DNA from: an uncultured Gammaproteobacteria bacterium
GTDB lineage: Bacteria > Patescibacteriota > Patescibacteriia > Patescibacteriales > UBA12465
Assembly: GCA_964588465.1 (NCBI GenBank)
Contig: CAZPPL010000001.1
Span: 50,782 to 114,781, forward strand
DNA: 64,000 bases
Direction: 5' to 3'
This document shows, piece by piece, positions 37,774-48,062 of the stretch. The notes beneath the pieces were generated by a model. That model worked only from the letters and a program-made list of their open reading frames with translations. It was not told the origin of the DNA and searched no databases. The position numbers were made by a program, and so were the translations under genes. Position 1 is the first letter of the stretch; the number at the start of each line of letters is the position of its first letter.

Positions 37774-38985
37774 ATGACCACTATCTTGGGAATAAATTTA
37801 AGTGAACTGAAGTCTAGAGTCCTAATGAAAAAAATAGAATATTTTTTAGATGACCAAGGACAACATTATTTAGTCACTCCCAATCCAGAGATAGTTTTAC
37901 AAGCACAAGAAGACGAAGAATTTTTTTATATTTTGAATAAAGCTGATTTAGCTATAGTTGATGGTTTCGGACTTAAAATGGCTGCCTGGTTTTATGGTAT
38001 TAATATACCGCGAATAACTGGAGCAGATTTAACTCAAGAACTGCTGAAAATAGCAAATAATAGGAAACTAAAAGTATTAATTCTTAATTGGCGAAATGGT
38101 TTATCAAAAAAAACCAGTATAGAATCAGCTCTTAATAAAAAATTCACGGACTTGAAACTTAAAGTATTAGATATTTCCCGTAATAAATTTCTAAATCTAG
38201 AATCAATAAATAAGATTAATAGTTTCTCTCCAGTCTTAATGTTCTGCACTTTAGGCTTTCCTTATCAAGAAAAATTAATTTATCATAATTTACATAAATT
38301 ACCTAGCCTTAAGTTGGCTATAGGAGTGGGGGGATCTATTGATTTTATTATTGATAAAGTGGTTCGTGCTCCTAAAATTATACGAATATTAGGGATAGAA
38401 TGGTTATGGCGCCTCATTAAACAACCAAAAAGATTTAAACGAATATATAATGCTACTTTAGTTTTTATTGCTAAATTCCTATATACTGAATTAATTAATC
38501 GCTGGCGCTATCGTCCTAATGTGGTCTGTATTTTATATAAAAATGAAGGACAACAAAAGAAATTCTTGATAGTTAAACGAGCAGATAGTAAAGAACACTG
38601 GCAATTACCTCAAGGAGGAAGAGACGGAGAAAATATTGCTCAAGCTGGAGAGCGGGAGCTACAGGAAGAATTGGGTATTGCCAAAGAAGACTTTATTAGC
38701 CGGGGAACTTTTAATAATGTTTATCACTATAAATTTAATAAACCTTCACTACATAAAAATTCTAAGGCTAAACTAGGGGCATATCGTCATCAAGGATATA
38801 AAGGACAAAGACAGAGTCTATACATCGCCGAGTACTTAGGTGTAGATTCCAAAATAAAGATTAATTTTTGGGATCATAATGATTGGCAATGGATTACCAT
38901 GGATAGACTAATTGATAAAATTCATCCTATAAGACAAACTGGAGCTAAAATATTTTTAGAAAAATTTAAATCGCTAAAATTATAA
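37774..38985 (+). CDS. fusion protein: GT26 glycosyltransferase (WecG/TagA/CpsF family) N-terminal domain plus a C-terminal NUDIX hydrolase domain
   Basis: The N-terminus has the TagA/WecG pattern (LVTPNPEIVLQAQEDEEF...ADLAIVDGFGLKMAA...IGVGGSIDF). The C-terminus has a complete Nudix box, GGRDGENIAQAGERELQEELGI (GX5EX7REUXEEXGU). It is a single uninterrupted ORF of 403 aa. Confidence 0.7.
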   Translation: MTTILGINLSELKSRVLMKKIEYFLDDQGQHYLVTPNPEIVLQAQEDEEFFYILNKADLAIVDGFGLKMAAWFYGINIPRITGADLTQELLKIANNRKLKVLILNWRNGLSKKTSIESALNKKFTDLKLKVLDISRNKFLNLESINKINSFSPVLMFCTLGFPYQEKLIYHNLHKLPSLKLAIGVGGSIDFIIDKVVRAPKIIRILGIEWLWRLIKQPKRFKRIYNATLVFIAKFLYTELINRWRYRPNVVCILYKNEGQQKKFLIVKRADSKEHWQLPQGGRDGENIAQAGERELQEELGIAKEDFISRGTFNNVYHYKFNKPSLHKNSKAKLGAYRHQGYKGQRQSLYIAEYLGVDSKIKINFWDHNDWQWITMDRLIDKIHPIRQTGAKIFLEKFKSLKL

Positions 38986-38988
38986 TAT

Positions 38989-40488
38989 ATGGTAACTAAA
39001 AACAATGACATTCGTTTACGCTTGGCACCTTCTCCTACTGGTTTCCTGCATCTGGGCAATTTACGAACTGCCTTATTTACTTATCTGCTTAGCAGACACT
39101 GGCAGGGAAAATTCATTTTACGTATTGAAGATACTGACCAGAAAAGAATCATACCTGGAGCTAGTAAAAAATTAATAGAGATATTAAAAATAATAGGCTT
39201 AGAATTTGATGAAGGTCCGCATATTGGCGGACAATATGGTCCTTATATTCAATCTAAACGTCAAACGATTTATCATAAATATTCCGAACAGTTATTATCC
39301 AGCGGAAAAGCCTATCGTTGTTTTTGTTCTGAGAAGCGTTTAGATAAAATGCGTAAGATTCAAGAATCTCGACACCAAGCTCCACACTATGATGGCCGGT
39401 GCAGGGAACTGAGCAAATCAGAAATAGAACAAAATATACAAGAAGGCAAAAAATTTGTAATACGTCAAAAAATACCTTCATCTGGAAAATTAGTGGTACG
39501 AGATGAATTGCGAGGAGATATTAATTTTCAATTAGCTACTCTAGACGATCAAATATTAATAAAATCTAACGGAGTTCCTACCTATCAATTTGCCAATGTA
39601 GTAGATGATCATTTAATGAAAATTTCTCATGTTACCCGAGGTGATGAGTGGATTCCATCTTACCCTAAAAATATTCTACTCTACCAAGCTTTTGGCTGGC
39701 TACCACCCAAATTCATTCATTTCCCCTTAATCTTAAATAAAACTGGAGGGGGAAAACTAAGCAAACGTCAAGGAGATGTTTTCGTGGAGGATTATTTAGC
39801 TAAGGGATATCTGCCAGAAGCCTTAATTAATTTTAGTGTCTTATTAGGTTGGCATCCTAAGAATGATAAGGAATTATGGTCACTCTCAGAATTAGAAAAA
39901 AATTTCTCTCTAGATGGTTTAGGTTCTAGTCCAGCAATATTTGACCCAGATAAACTTAATTATTTTAACAGCTATTATATTCGTCAAAAACCCTTGGATG
40001 AATTAGTTGACCTTTGTATTCCTTACCTACAAGCAGCAAATATGGATATTGCCGATAAAATTAAATTAACCAATTTTATTAGCTTGGCTCAGGATCGCTT
40101 AAAAAAATTAAGTGATATTGTAAAATTAACTGATTTTCTATTTAATCTACCAGACTATTCTATAAAGTTATTGACTTGGAAAAATATCAGTTTAGAAAAA
40201 ACGCTTATAAATTTAAAGGAAATAACTAGTGAATTACAAAAAATAGAGGAGACTCACTGGAATAAGGAGTACTTAGAAAAGACTATTTTAGCTTGGATTA
40301 AAAAGAATAATCAAAAAAATGGTGATTATCTATGGCCTTTACGAGTAGCTTTAACTGGTTTAAAAAATAGTCCAGGACCATTTGAGGTGGCTGAAGCCTT
40401 GGGCAAAGTAGAGACCCTTAAACGTATAAATCAAATAAAAATAAGAACTAATCAAAAAAAACTAGGGGAAGAGCAAAAAAAATGTTAA
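38989..40488 (+). CDS. gltX: glutamate--tRNA ligase
   Basis: Class I HIGH motif (PSPTGFLHLGNLRTALF) and KMSKS-type motif (KLSKRQG); 499 aa. Confidence 0.9.
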   Translation: MVTKNNDIRLRLAPSPTGFLHLGNLRTALFTYLLSRHWQGKFILRIEDTDQKRIIPGASKKLIEILKIIGLEFDEGPHIGGQYGPYIQSKRQTIYHKYSEQLLSSGKAYRCFCSEKRLDKMRKIQESRHQAPHYDGRCRELSKSEIEQNIQEGKKFVIRQKIPSSGKLVVRDELRGDINFQLATLDDQILIKSNGVPTYQFANVVDDHLMKISHVTRGDEWIPSYPKNILLYQAFGWLPPKFIHFPLILNKTGGGKLSKRQGDVFVEDYLAKGYLPEALINFSVLLGWHPKNDKELWSLSELEKNFSLDGLGSSPAIFDPDKLNYFNSYYIRQKPLDELVDLCIPYLQAANMDIADKIKLTNFISLAQDRLKKLSDIVKLTDFLFNLPDYSIKLLTWKNISLEKTLINLKEITSELQKIEETHWNKEYLEKTILAWIKKNNQKNGDYLWPLRVALTGLKNSPGPFEVAEALGKVETLKRINQIKIRTNQKKLGEEQKKC

Positions 40489-40497
40489 AATAATTTC

Positions 40498-41730
40498 ATG
40501 TTAAGTTTTAAGTCAAAATTATTAATACTAATTATTATTTTATTTACCGCCTTAGGCTCTTGGCAATTAAGCAGGGCCGTTTATGGCATTGAACTTAGTC
40601 CAGAGATACAGAGCCTAAATATTAGAATTCAAAATCGTAAAAAACAATTGGATAATATTCAAACTCAGCAACAACAATACCAAGCACAAATCAAGCAAAA
40701 AGAAAATAATCGTATTACTTTAAATAATCAGTTATCTATTTTGAGTGATCGTTTAGCCCAAATCCGATTAGACATCAATAGTGTTAATATAGAAACTAGT
40801 AAAACTCTACTGGAAATTAAAAAAATTGAACTAGATAGTACAAATTTAAAGCAAAAAATCAATACTAGAAAGCAAGATATTGCTGCTTTACTACAATCAA
40901 TGTATCGTAGAAATCAAACTTCAGTTCTGGAAACTCTACTACTAAATAATTCTTTAAGTGATTTTCTAAATCAGGCTAAATATCTAGCTGATACCAATCA
41001 AGAATTAGCTAATAGCGTTAATAATCTAAAAATCCAAAAAAATCAATTAAATCAGAATAAACTAGCTTTAGGTCAAAAAAATAAGAATCTACTAAACTTT
41101 AAAACTCAATTACAGCAGAAACAAGAAGATTTAAGCTACGAACAACAAAATAAAAGTGTGCTATTAGGTGAGACCGATTCTTCAGAACAAAAATATCAAG
41201 CTCTAATACAACAAGGTCTAGCTCAGCGTCGTCAAGCTGAGGCAGACATTTCTGCTGCCGAACAATTAGTTAGACAAAAAATGTCTAAACAAGATCAGAA
41301 AATTCTTAGCACTGATAATAATACAATTGACTGGCCAGTACCTTCACATATTATTAATGCTAGTTTTCACGATCCAGATTATCCTTTTAGAAAACTTATC
41401 GGCGAACATTCAGGTATTGATATCCGAGCTAAACAGGGAACTATAATTAAAGCGGCTGCTGACGGTTATGTAGCTAAAGTTAAATTTGATGGTACTAAAA
41501 ACTACGCTTATATTATGCTGATTCATGGTAAAGGCCTTTCTACAGTCTATGGCCATGTTTCCGCAGTCTTTGTTACCACTGACCAATATGTAAGTCAAGG
41601 TGAGCCTATTGGTCGGACTGGTGGTACTCCAGGCACTGTCGGCTCTGGTCCCTTTACCACTGGACCACATTTACATTTTGAAGTACGTTTAAACGGAATT
41701 CCAGTTAATCCTATGAATTATCTACCCTAG
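40498..41730 (+). CDS. M23-family peptidoglycan endopeptidase with an N-terminal coiled coil (EnvC-like)
   Basis: Signal/anchor, long Q/N-rich coiled coil, and a C-terminal LytM domain (HSGIDIRAKQGT...YGHVS...GPHLHFEVR.NG). Confidence 0.8.
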   Translation: MLSFKSKLLILIIILFTALGSWQLSRAVYGIELSPEIQSLNIRIQNRKKQLDNIQTQQQQYQAQIKQKENNRITLNNQLSILSDRLAQIRLDINSVNIETSKTLLEIKKIELDSTNLKQKINTRKQDIAALLQSMYRRNQTSVLETLLLNNSLSDFLNQAKYLADTNQELANSVNNLKIQKNQLNQNKLALGQKNKNLLNFKTQLQQKQEDLSYEQQNKSVLLGETDSSEQKYQALIQQGLAQRRQAEADISAAEQLVRQKMSKQDQKILSTDNNTIDWPVPSHIINASFHDPDYPFRKLIGEHSGIDIRAKQGTIIKAAADGYVAKVKFDGTKNYAYIMLIHGKGLSTVYGHVSAVFVTTDQYVSQGEPIGRTGGTPGTVGSGPFTTGPHLHFEVRLNGIPVNPMNYLP

Positions 41731-42681
41731 ATCTCTGTTATCATGTACTCGGCGATGAATATCCCTTAATTGCTTATTAGTTACATGGGTATAAATTTGA
41801 GTAGTAGCAATATTACTATGGCCTAGGAACTCTTGCACGGTTCTTAAATCAACCCCTTGATTTAGTAAATCAGTAGCAAAGGAATGACGAAGAGTGTGAG
41901 GCGTGGCCATTACTGGTAGGCCAGAAATTTTAACATATTTTTTAACAATAGCTTCAATACTTTTTACAGTTAAACGCCGAGATTCTGAATCTAATTTCTT
42001 CGCTCTGCGATAATTGATAAATAGAGCCTTATCCAAATCTTTGCGTTCCTGAAAATAATGGCCTATAGCCTTAATAGCTCTATCAGAAAAATAAACTGTC
42101 CGAATCTTATCACCCTTACCAACTACGGCTATTTCTAAATCTTTAGTATCTGCTTTAATTATTAATTGATCTCTATCTAAAGCTACTAACTCGGCCACAC
42201 GCAGACCAGTGGAAAACAAAGTTTCTAAAATAGCCCGATCACGAAGACCAATGATATTATCAGTCTTAGGGGCTTTTAAAAGCTGGGCCAATTGCTTTAA
42301 ATTTAAAAATTTTATTTCTTTATCAGATTTATCTTTAGCTAATTTCACTTTAGAGGATGGCAGGGAAGTAATATTCTGTTCAGCAAAAAATTCTAAAATG
42401 GAACGTAAAGCAATTAGATAATAGTTTTGAGTATTTTTTTTTAGAGTCTGGTTGGTTATAGGATTAATATGGCGAGAAAGATATACTTTATACCGCCAAA
42501 TATGTTCTGAGGTCAGGGAAGCGGGTTTTAGGCTCTCCTGATGGGTAATACTTAACCAATTAAAGAACTTTTTTAAAAAACGAGCATAATTTTCTTGAGT
42601 CTTAGAGGATAAGCCCTTTTCAATCTCACAATAATCTAAAAAATCTATTAAATATTTAATTAGAGGTTTGTTACGGTTCAT
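41722..42681 (-). CDS. tyrosine site-specific recombinase (XerC/XerD-like)
   Basis: Catalytic-domain motifs RVAELVALDRDQL (Arg), HTLRHSFATDLL (His-x-x-Arg) and LGHSNIATTQIYTHV (catalytic Tyr); 319 aa. Confidence 0.8.
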   Translation of the reverse strand: MNRNKPLIKYLIDFLDYCEIEKGLSSKTQENYARFLKKFFNWLSITHQESLKPASLTSEHIWRYKVYLSRHINPITNQTLKKNTQNYYLIALRSILEFFAEQNITSLPSSKVKLAKDKSDKEIKFLNLKQLAQLLKAPKTDNIIGLRDRAILETLFSTGLRVAELVALDRDQLIIKADTKDLEIAVVGKGDKIRTVYFSDRAIKAIGHYFQERKDLDKALFINYRRAKKLDSESRRLTVKSIEAIVKKYVKISGLPVMATPHTLRHSFATDLLNQGVDLRTVQEFLGHSNIATTQIYTHVTNKQLRDIHRRVHDNRDLG

Positions 42682-42987
42682 ATTTTAATTGATAGATTAA
42701 ACAGGGTAGAGTTAATAATTCTAGAGTTTATAGGAATTAGTCTAATATTTAGCTTTAACAATACTTCGCATAATGTATATTAATAAACCTATATATTATA
42801 ATATATTATAATTTAAGGCTTAAAGCAAATATTACCTAACTAAGCATGACTCCCATTAAATACACTGCGGGATGGAATAAAAGAATTATTTTAATAACTA
42901 ATAAAAAAATTCCAATAATAGTTATACAAAATATGATTACCGCCAAAAAAAATAAAAATTTAAAAATTCCTTCCATATATTTTGAAA

Positions 42988-43848
42988 TTAATTAAAATTT
43001 GGATTAACAAATACTCGATTACCATAACGCAAATCAATATATTTAGTTCTCTTAAAATTATCCTTGATTTTACGATTTTTTACAAGTAATAAAATATTAA
43101 TTTGACGATTAATACTGTCTTTAACATTAAAATATACTACTGGTCCATTAATAAACTTAACTTTTACCGTATTTAGTTCAGAATCTATTATAAATTTACC
43201 CACCGGTAGATCTGGATGGCTAGCTAAAGCTTTATCAAGTGCAAAAATAAAACTTAAATGATTAGCTTTAATATTAATTCTATCATGATTACTGATTAAA
43301 GTGCCAGGATTATCATTCTCTAATAAAAAATATTTTTTTTCATCAGAGATTTTAACTGGTGGTTGCTTAATAATATAACCATCAGCAGAGGCATAAAATA
43401 ACTTAGTTCCCTCTTGAAAAATAAAAGCATAGGGGCGTTCATTGATTACCACCTTTAAGGTATGAGGCCATTCTTTTTTTATCTCTGCCGCCGCAACATT
43501 ATATTTATCAATAATATTTTTACTAGCTTGAGTGTCGTCAAATAAAAAGATATTGCTTTGTTTAAAAAATACCCAGCGTCTAGAACTGCTTTGATCCCAA
43601 ATAATTTTATTTATTTCTCCTTGCGGAGCTCGGGTCAGACCAATAACTATAATATTTTGAATACGCCAAAAAGGAGCAAGTAGAAAAAACCAAATTAGAA
43701 AAATTAGCGATAAAAATATAAGAATCAGAGTCTGTTTGTTATTCAAGTGTTTATTTTTGCCAGAGGAAGAATGACGAAAAAAAGGATTAGGTAAATTCTT
43801 TCTTTGATAATCTTTCTTTACTTTTTTAAAATGAAATCTTTTAGTCAT
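42988..43848 (-). CDS. FtsQ/DivIB-like cell-division protein (POTRA domain), tentative
   Basis: Basic N-terminus, a single TM segment (LILIFLSLIFLIWFFLLAPF), then a POTRA-like region IQNIIVIGLTRAPQGEINKII. The weak similarity makes the assignment uncertain. Confidence 0.4.
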   Translation of the reverse strand: MTKRFHFKKVKKDYQRKNLPNPFFRHSSSGKNKHLNNKQTLILIFLSLIFLIWFFLLAPFWRIQNIIVIGLTRAPQGEINKIIWDQSSSRRWVFFKQSNIFLFDDTQASKNIIDKYNVAAAEIKKEWPHTLKVVINERPYAFIFQEGTKLFYASADGYIIKQPPVKISDEKKYFLLENDNPGTLISNHDRINIKANHLSFIFALDKALASHPDLPVGKFIIDSELNTVKVKFINGPVVYFNVKDSINRQINILLLVKNRKIKDNFKRTKYIDLRYGNRVFVNPNFN

Positions 43849-43883
43849 TTTTTATCTAATATAAAGTGAATATAATGAATAAG

Positions 43884-45026
43884 CTATACTACTTCCCTTC
43901 TAATGTTAGCTTGTAATCTAACCAGTAATTCGTAAGGAACAGTGCCTATTAAACCAGCTAAATTATGTACAGAATTTATGGCCGAGGAATCATTAGAAAT
44001 TATGTTAACTATATTGCCTAGTGCTACGGTATGGGAACCAACCAATAAGCAAGTCAAATTCATACTGACATTGCCAGCAACCTGAGCAATGAATTCTTCT
44101 TGTGAAGATTTAACTAGGAAACTAGCACGATTGGAAAAACGACGATCCAAACCTTCAAAATAGCCAAAAGGGATAAGTGCTATTTGAGTCGGCACTTTAG
44201 TTTGGTAGTTTTCATTATAAGAAACCGTCTCTCCAGCTTTTAAATTCTGAATGGCTATAATATGGGAAAACAGCTGTAATGCAGGCTTGAGAAACTCTTC
44301 TGGCTCTTTATTGTCTATCAGCGGATTATAGCCATACAGGGCTAAACCAGTGCGATAAGCGGTTAATAATTTGTTATGAAGGGTCCAAATCGCCGCCGAA
44401 TTACCCAAATGGACCCAACGGGGGAAATAACCAGCAGAACGTAGTTTTTCTACCGCTTCAATAAAAATTAACTCTTGACGCTTATTTAAAGGTGAAACTT
44501 CGTCAGCAGAGGCTAAATGAGAACAAATACCAACTATACTAACCCTATCTAAATAATCTTTATTTTTAAGGAGAAATGTTCCAAAATTCTGAATGCCTTC
44601 ACGGTTCATACCAGAATTTATAAATAAATGAATTTTGATTTTTTTACCAAAACGAGATAAATATTTTAAAGTATCGGTATTATAAACGACAACTTCTGTT
44701 TTGGAAAAATGTAAATATTTATAGGCATGATGAGGCATCTCGCCTAATATTAACACATCTCGTTTAAAATATTTATAGACAACTTGGGCTTCTGGAAAAG
44801 AATCAACCGCTACTATTGGGGCAGAAGTCTTATTAAGTAATTTAGCAATTTCTTTTAAGCCGTGTCCATAAGCATTAGATTTTAAAACAGGGAAAATTGC
44901 AGCAGTACTTTGTAAGCTTTGCAAATATTTATAATTAGCAATAATATTAGCCCCTCTAATTTCTATCTTATTTAAAGTGGGATATTTAGGTCTTAATAAT
45001 TTTCTTAAAAAATCAAGCATAGACAA
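43884..45026 (-). CDS. alr: alanine racemase
   Basis: PLP-Lys motif AIFPVLKSNAYGHGL. N-terminal TIM barrel and C-terminal beta domain, 380 aa. Confidence 0.85.
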   Translation of the reverse strand: MSMLDFLRKLLRPKYPTLNKIEIRGANIIANYKYLQSLQSTAAIFPVLKSNAYGHGLKEIAKLLNKTSAPIVAVDSFPEAQVVYKYFKRDVLILGEMPHHAYKYLHFSKTEVVVYNTDTLKYLSRFGKKIKIHLFINSGMNREGIQNFGTFLLKNKDYLDRVSIVGICSHLASADEVSPLNKRQELIFIEAVEKLRSAGYFPRWVHLGNSAAIWTLHNKLLTAYRTGLALYGYNPLIDNKEPEEFLKPALQLFSHIIAIQNLKAGETVSYNENYQTKVPTQIALIPFGYFEGLDRRFSNRASFLVKSSQEEFIAQVAGNVSMNLTCLLVGSHTVALGNIVNIISNDSSAINSVHNLAGLIGTVPYELLVRLQANIRREVV

Positions 45027-45043
45027 AACTGCTGATAGATTGA

Positions 45044-46297
45044 CTAATGGGCTTTAATAATTTTCATACCTCGTGGTAAGTATTTACGCAAAATTTTGGG
45101 AATAATTACTGAACCATCGGCCTGCTGATTCTGTTCTAATATTGCTGGTAGCAAGCGACTAGTGGCTAAACCTGAGGCATTTAAAGTGTGTACAAACTCA
45201 TTTTTCCCACTGTCTGAATCTTTATAACGAATTTGACCACGACGCGCTTGATAATCTAAAGCATTAGAAATACTACTAACTTCTTTATATTCTGCCATAC
45301 TAGGAATAAATACTTCCAAATCATAAGTTTTAGCCATAGCCGCACTACAGTCTCCCGCCGCCAATTTGGAGACCTGAAAATGAAGGCCTAAACCAGTAAC
45401 TAATTCTTTAGCGTTATTAACTAATTCGGCAAACATTTCCCATGATTTCTTGGGTTTGCAAAGAATGAACATTTCTACTTTATTGAATTGGTGACCCCGG
45501 ATCATTCCTCGCTCTTCAGCTCTATAACTACCAGCTTCGCGTCTAAAACAAGGAGAATAAGCAAAATATTTTAAAGGTAGATCCTCCTCCTTCAGAATTT
45601 CCTCACGATGATAATTACCTAACATCATCTCACTAGTGGCATTCAGACATAAATCATCCTGAGTCCAAAATAAATCATCTCTAAATTTTGGTAAATGACC
45701 AGAAGTATAAGCAGATTTTTCAGTGAGCATAAAAGGAGGAATCAAAAATTCGTAAGCATTTTTATGATGCCATTCTATAAAATAGGATAATAAGGCCCAC
45801 TCTAATAGTGCCCCAGTACCAGTATAACACCAGAAACCATTACCCGACATTTTAACCGCTCGTTCATAATCAATTAATTTTAAACTGGTCGCTAATTCCA
45901 CGTGATCTTTAGGTTTAAAATTAAATTTTGGTTTAGAATTATAAGTAAAAATCACCTCATTATTTTCCTTTCCTCCAGAAACTACGTCAGCAGCTGGCAA
46001 ATTTGGTAATTCTGCTAAACGATTATTTAATTCTCCTTCCACTTGAGTTAACCTATTACTTAAAATTTTGATTTTTTCACCAACGCTTTTCATTTCTTCA
46101 ATAATTTCTAAACTAGGTTTAGTCTTGGAATATTTGTTACGTTGGGCTTGTAAGGCTTCCAGCTTTGGAGTCAATTCACGACGTTCATTGTCCAAAGTAA
46201 TAATTTTTTCCAAATCTAATTTTTCCGCTGACATCCTTTTCAGAAGTCCAGCTTTAACTTCTACGGTTTTTTCTCTTATTAATTTTAGATCCAACAT
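45044..46297 (-). CDS. serS: serine--tRNA ligase
   Basis: N-terminal coiled-coil arm (MLDLKLIREK...) and the class II core motifs (FRREAGS..RGMIRGHQF, GLHFQVSKLAAGD). 417 aa. Confidence 0.9.
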   Translation of the reverse strand: MLDLKLIREKTVEVKAGLLKRMSAEKLDLEKIITLDNERRELTPKLEALQAQRNKYSKTKPSLEIIEEMKSVGEKIKILSNRLTQVEGELNNRLAELPNLPAADVVSGGKENNEVIFTYNSKPKFNFKPKDHVELATSLKLIDYERAVKMSGNGFWCYTGTGALLEWALLSYFIEWHHKNAYEFLIPPFMLTEKSAYTSGHLPKFRDDLFWTQDDLCLNATSEMMLGNYHREEILKEEDLPLKYFAYSPCFRREAGSYRAEERGMIRGHQFNKVEMFILCKPKKSWEMFAELVNNAKELVTGLGLHFQVSKLAAGDCSAAMAKTYDLEVFIPSMAEYKEVSSISNALDYQARRGQIRYKDSDSGKNEFVHTLNASGLATSRLLPAILEQNQQADGSVIIPKILRKYLPRGMKIIKAH

Positions 46298-46324
46298 AAA
46301 TTTATGGTCTTTAACTTTTTAATC

Positions 46325-48034
46325 TTAATTAATCACTTCCCCACCGAATTGATTCAATAAATCTGTAAGTAAGTTAGTAGTGGGCTTATCAGAACGTAAT
46401 TCAGCTTTCTTCTTATCTAACGTTTCACTTTGCTGAGACAAAGAAGAGGTAGAGGACGGAGAGGAAGTAGAACCAGCTTTCTCCGTTATTAAAGGACTAG
46501 AACTAGTTAGGAGAGAATGTTTAATTTCTAAATTTTCATTAATCACTGAGCTAAAAGTTAAATTCTCGGAGAAAACTTCCGCTAAAGTGGTACTCATAAT
46601 ATTTCTAATATTAGCATCATTAATTCGGTCTTGATGAAATTTATACTTAAAAATTAGGAATAAGTTACCATTTTTTATCTCTCTAGCTTCACAATTTTGT
46701 AAGACAAAAGATAGAGAATGGTTATGTTTTTTAATTTTTAATAAAAATTCTGGCCATTTATTAATAATCTCCGCTCTAGTTAGAGTAAGATTAGATTTTT
46801 TTATAGGCTTAAGTGGAGTAGTTGGCGATGTTTTGGAAACTGAGGCAGCTGATGAAGTAAATTTAGTATTTCTTTCCTGACCTGAGGGTTTAGTAGGAGA
46901 ATTAAATTCGTTTGATGAACTTATAATTACTGATTGGGCAGAATCTAAACATAATTCAGCAACCGTTAATTCTAAAGGAAACTGGGGGATTGATAAATTC
47001 TTATAATTGTTGCTAATATTTAAAAATTTTCTAGTAAAATTAAAAATTTGTTCCCAAGTCAAATTGGCAGTTACCACTACCAATCTCTTCTCTAAACTTT
47101 CTCCTAAATCTAAGCCTAAACTATCTACCAATTCGGGACTTAATTTATTAAGCATTACTTTACGTAACAATTCAATTATTTCGTTAGTGAAAATCTTAAC
47201 GCTGATCCCGTTGTCCATTAAACTATTAATTAAAGTTACTGCCTTAGCCGCCTCTTTACGGCTTAAATAGTCTAATAGGCTAATAGCTTCATTACTATTA
47301 TAATGAGGGATGACCAACTCTGCCTGTTCTCTACTTATTTTCTTATCACTAATTGAAAAAATTTTTCCTAATAGACTCTCAGCATCTCTTAAATGTCCAC
47401 TAGAACGACGGGCCACTGCTTCTAGAACTTCGGTATCAATACTAACTTGCTCATTACTGGCAATATAAGTTAATTTTTTAACGATATCCTTTACACTGAT
47501 ACGCTTAAAATCATAACGCTCACAACGGGAAACTACGGTGCCAGGAACCTTTTGAATTTCGGTGGTACATAATATAAATATAGTATTAGCAGGAGGTTCT
47601 TCAATAATTTTTAACAGAGCATTAAAAGCTGATAAGGACAACATGTGTACTTCATCAATAATAAAAACCTTGAATTTAGCACTTACTGGAGCTAAACGAG
47701 AAAAGGCAATAATATTTTCTCGTACATTATCAACTCCAGTATTACTAGCCGCATCAATTTCCACCACATCTAAATTATTACCAGCAGTAATACTGGCACA
47801 ACTATCACAAGTATTACAGGGTTCATATTCCCCCTTAGCTCGATTTTCGCAATTAAGGGCTTTAGCTAAAACCCGAGCTAGAGTAGTTTTACCAACTGCC
47901 CGTGGTCCACAGAACAAATAAGCACTAGCTGGACGATTAGCCTCAATTTCGTGCTGTAAAGTTATTTTAATACTATTCTGCCCTAGAACTTCAGAAAAAT
48001 TCTGGGGGCGATAATCACGATACAAAGTAGACAT
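46325..48034 (-). CDS. dnaX: DNA polymerase III subunit gamma/tau
   Basis: YRPQNFSEVLGQ start, Walker A GPRAVGKTT, Zn module CxxC..C..C (CENRAKGEYEPCNTCDSC), and the sensor motifs. Confidence 0.85.
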   Translation of the reverse strand: MSTLYRDYRPQNFSEVLGQNSIKITLQHEIEANRPASAYLFCGPRAVGKTTLARVLAKALNCENRAKGEYEPCNTCDSCASITAGNNLDVVEIDAASNTGVDNVRENIIAFSRLAPVSAKFKVFIIDEVHMLSLSAFNALLKIIEEPPANTIFILCTTEIQKVPGTVVSRCERYDFKRISVKDIVKKLTYIASNEQVSIDTEVLEAVARRSSGHLRDAESLLGKIFSISDKKISREQAELVIPHYNSNEAISLLDYLSRKEAAKAVTLINSLMDNGISVKIFTNEIIELLRKVMLNKLSPELVDSLGLDLGESLEKRLVVVTANLTWEQIFNFTRKFLNISNNYKNLSIPQFPLELTVAELCLDSAQSVIISSSNEFNSPTKPSGQERNTKFTSSAASVSKTSPTTPLKPIKKSNLTLTRAEIINKWPEFLLKIKKHNHSLSFVLQNCEAREIKNGNLFLIFKYKFHQDRINDANIRNIMSTTLAEVFSENLTFSSVINENLEIKHSLLTSSSPLITEKAGSTSSPSSTSSLSQQSETLDKKKAELRSDKPTTNLLTDLLNQFGGEVIN

Positions 48035-48062
48035 AAAATTCTAAAACTCTTAAAAATATGAA

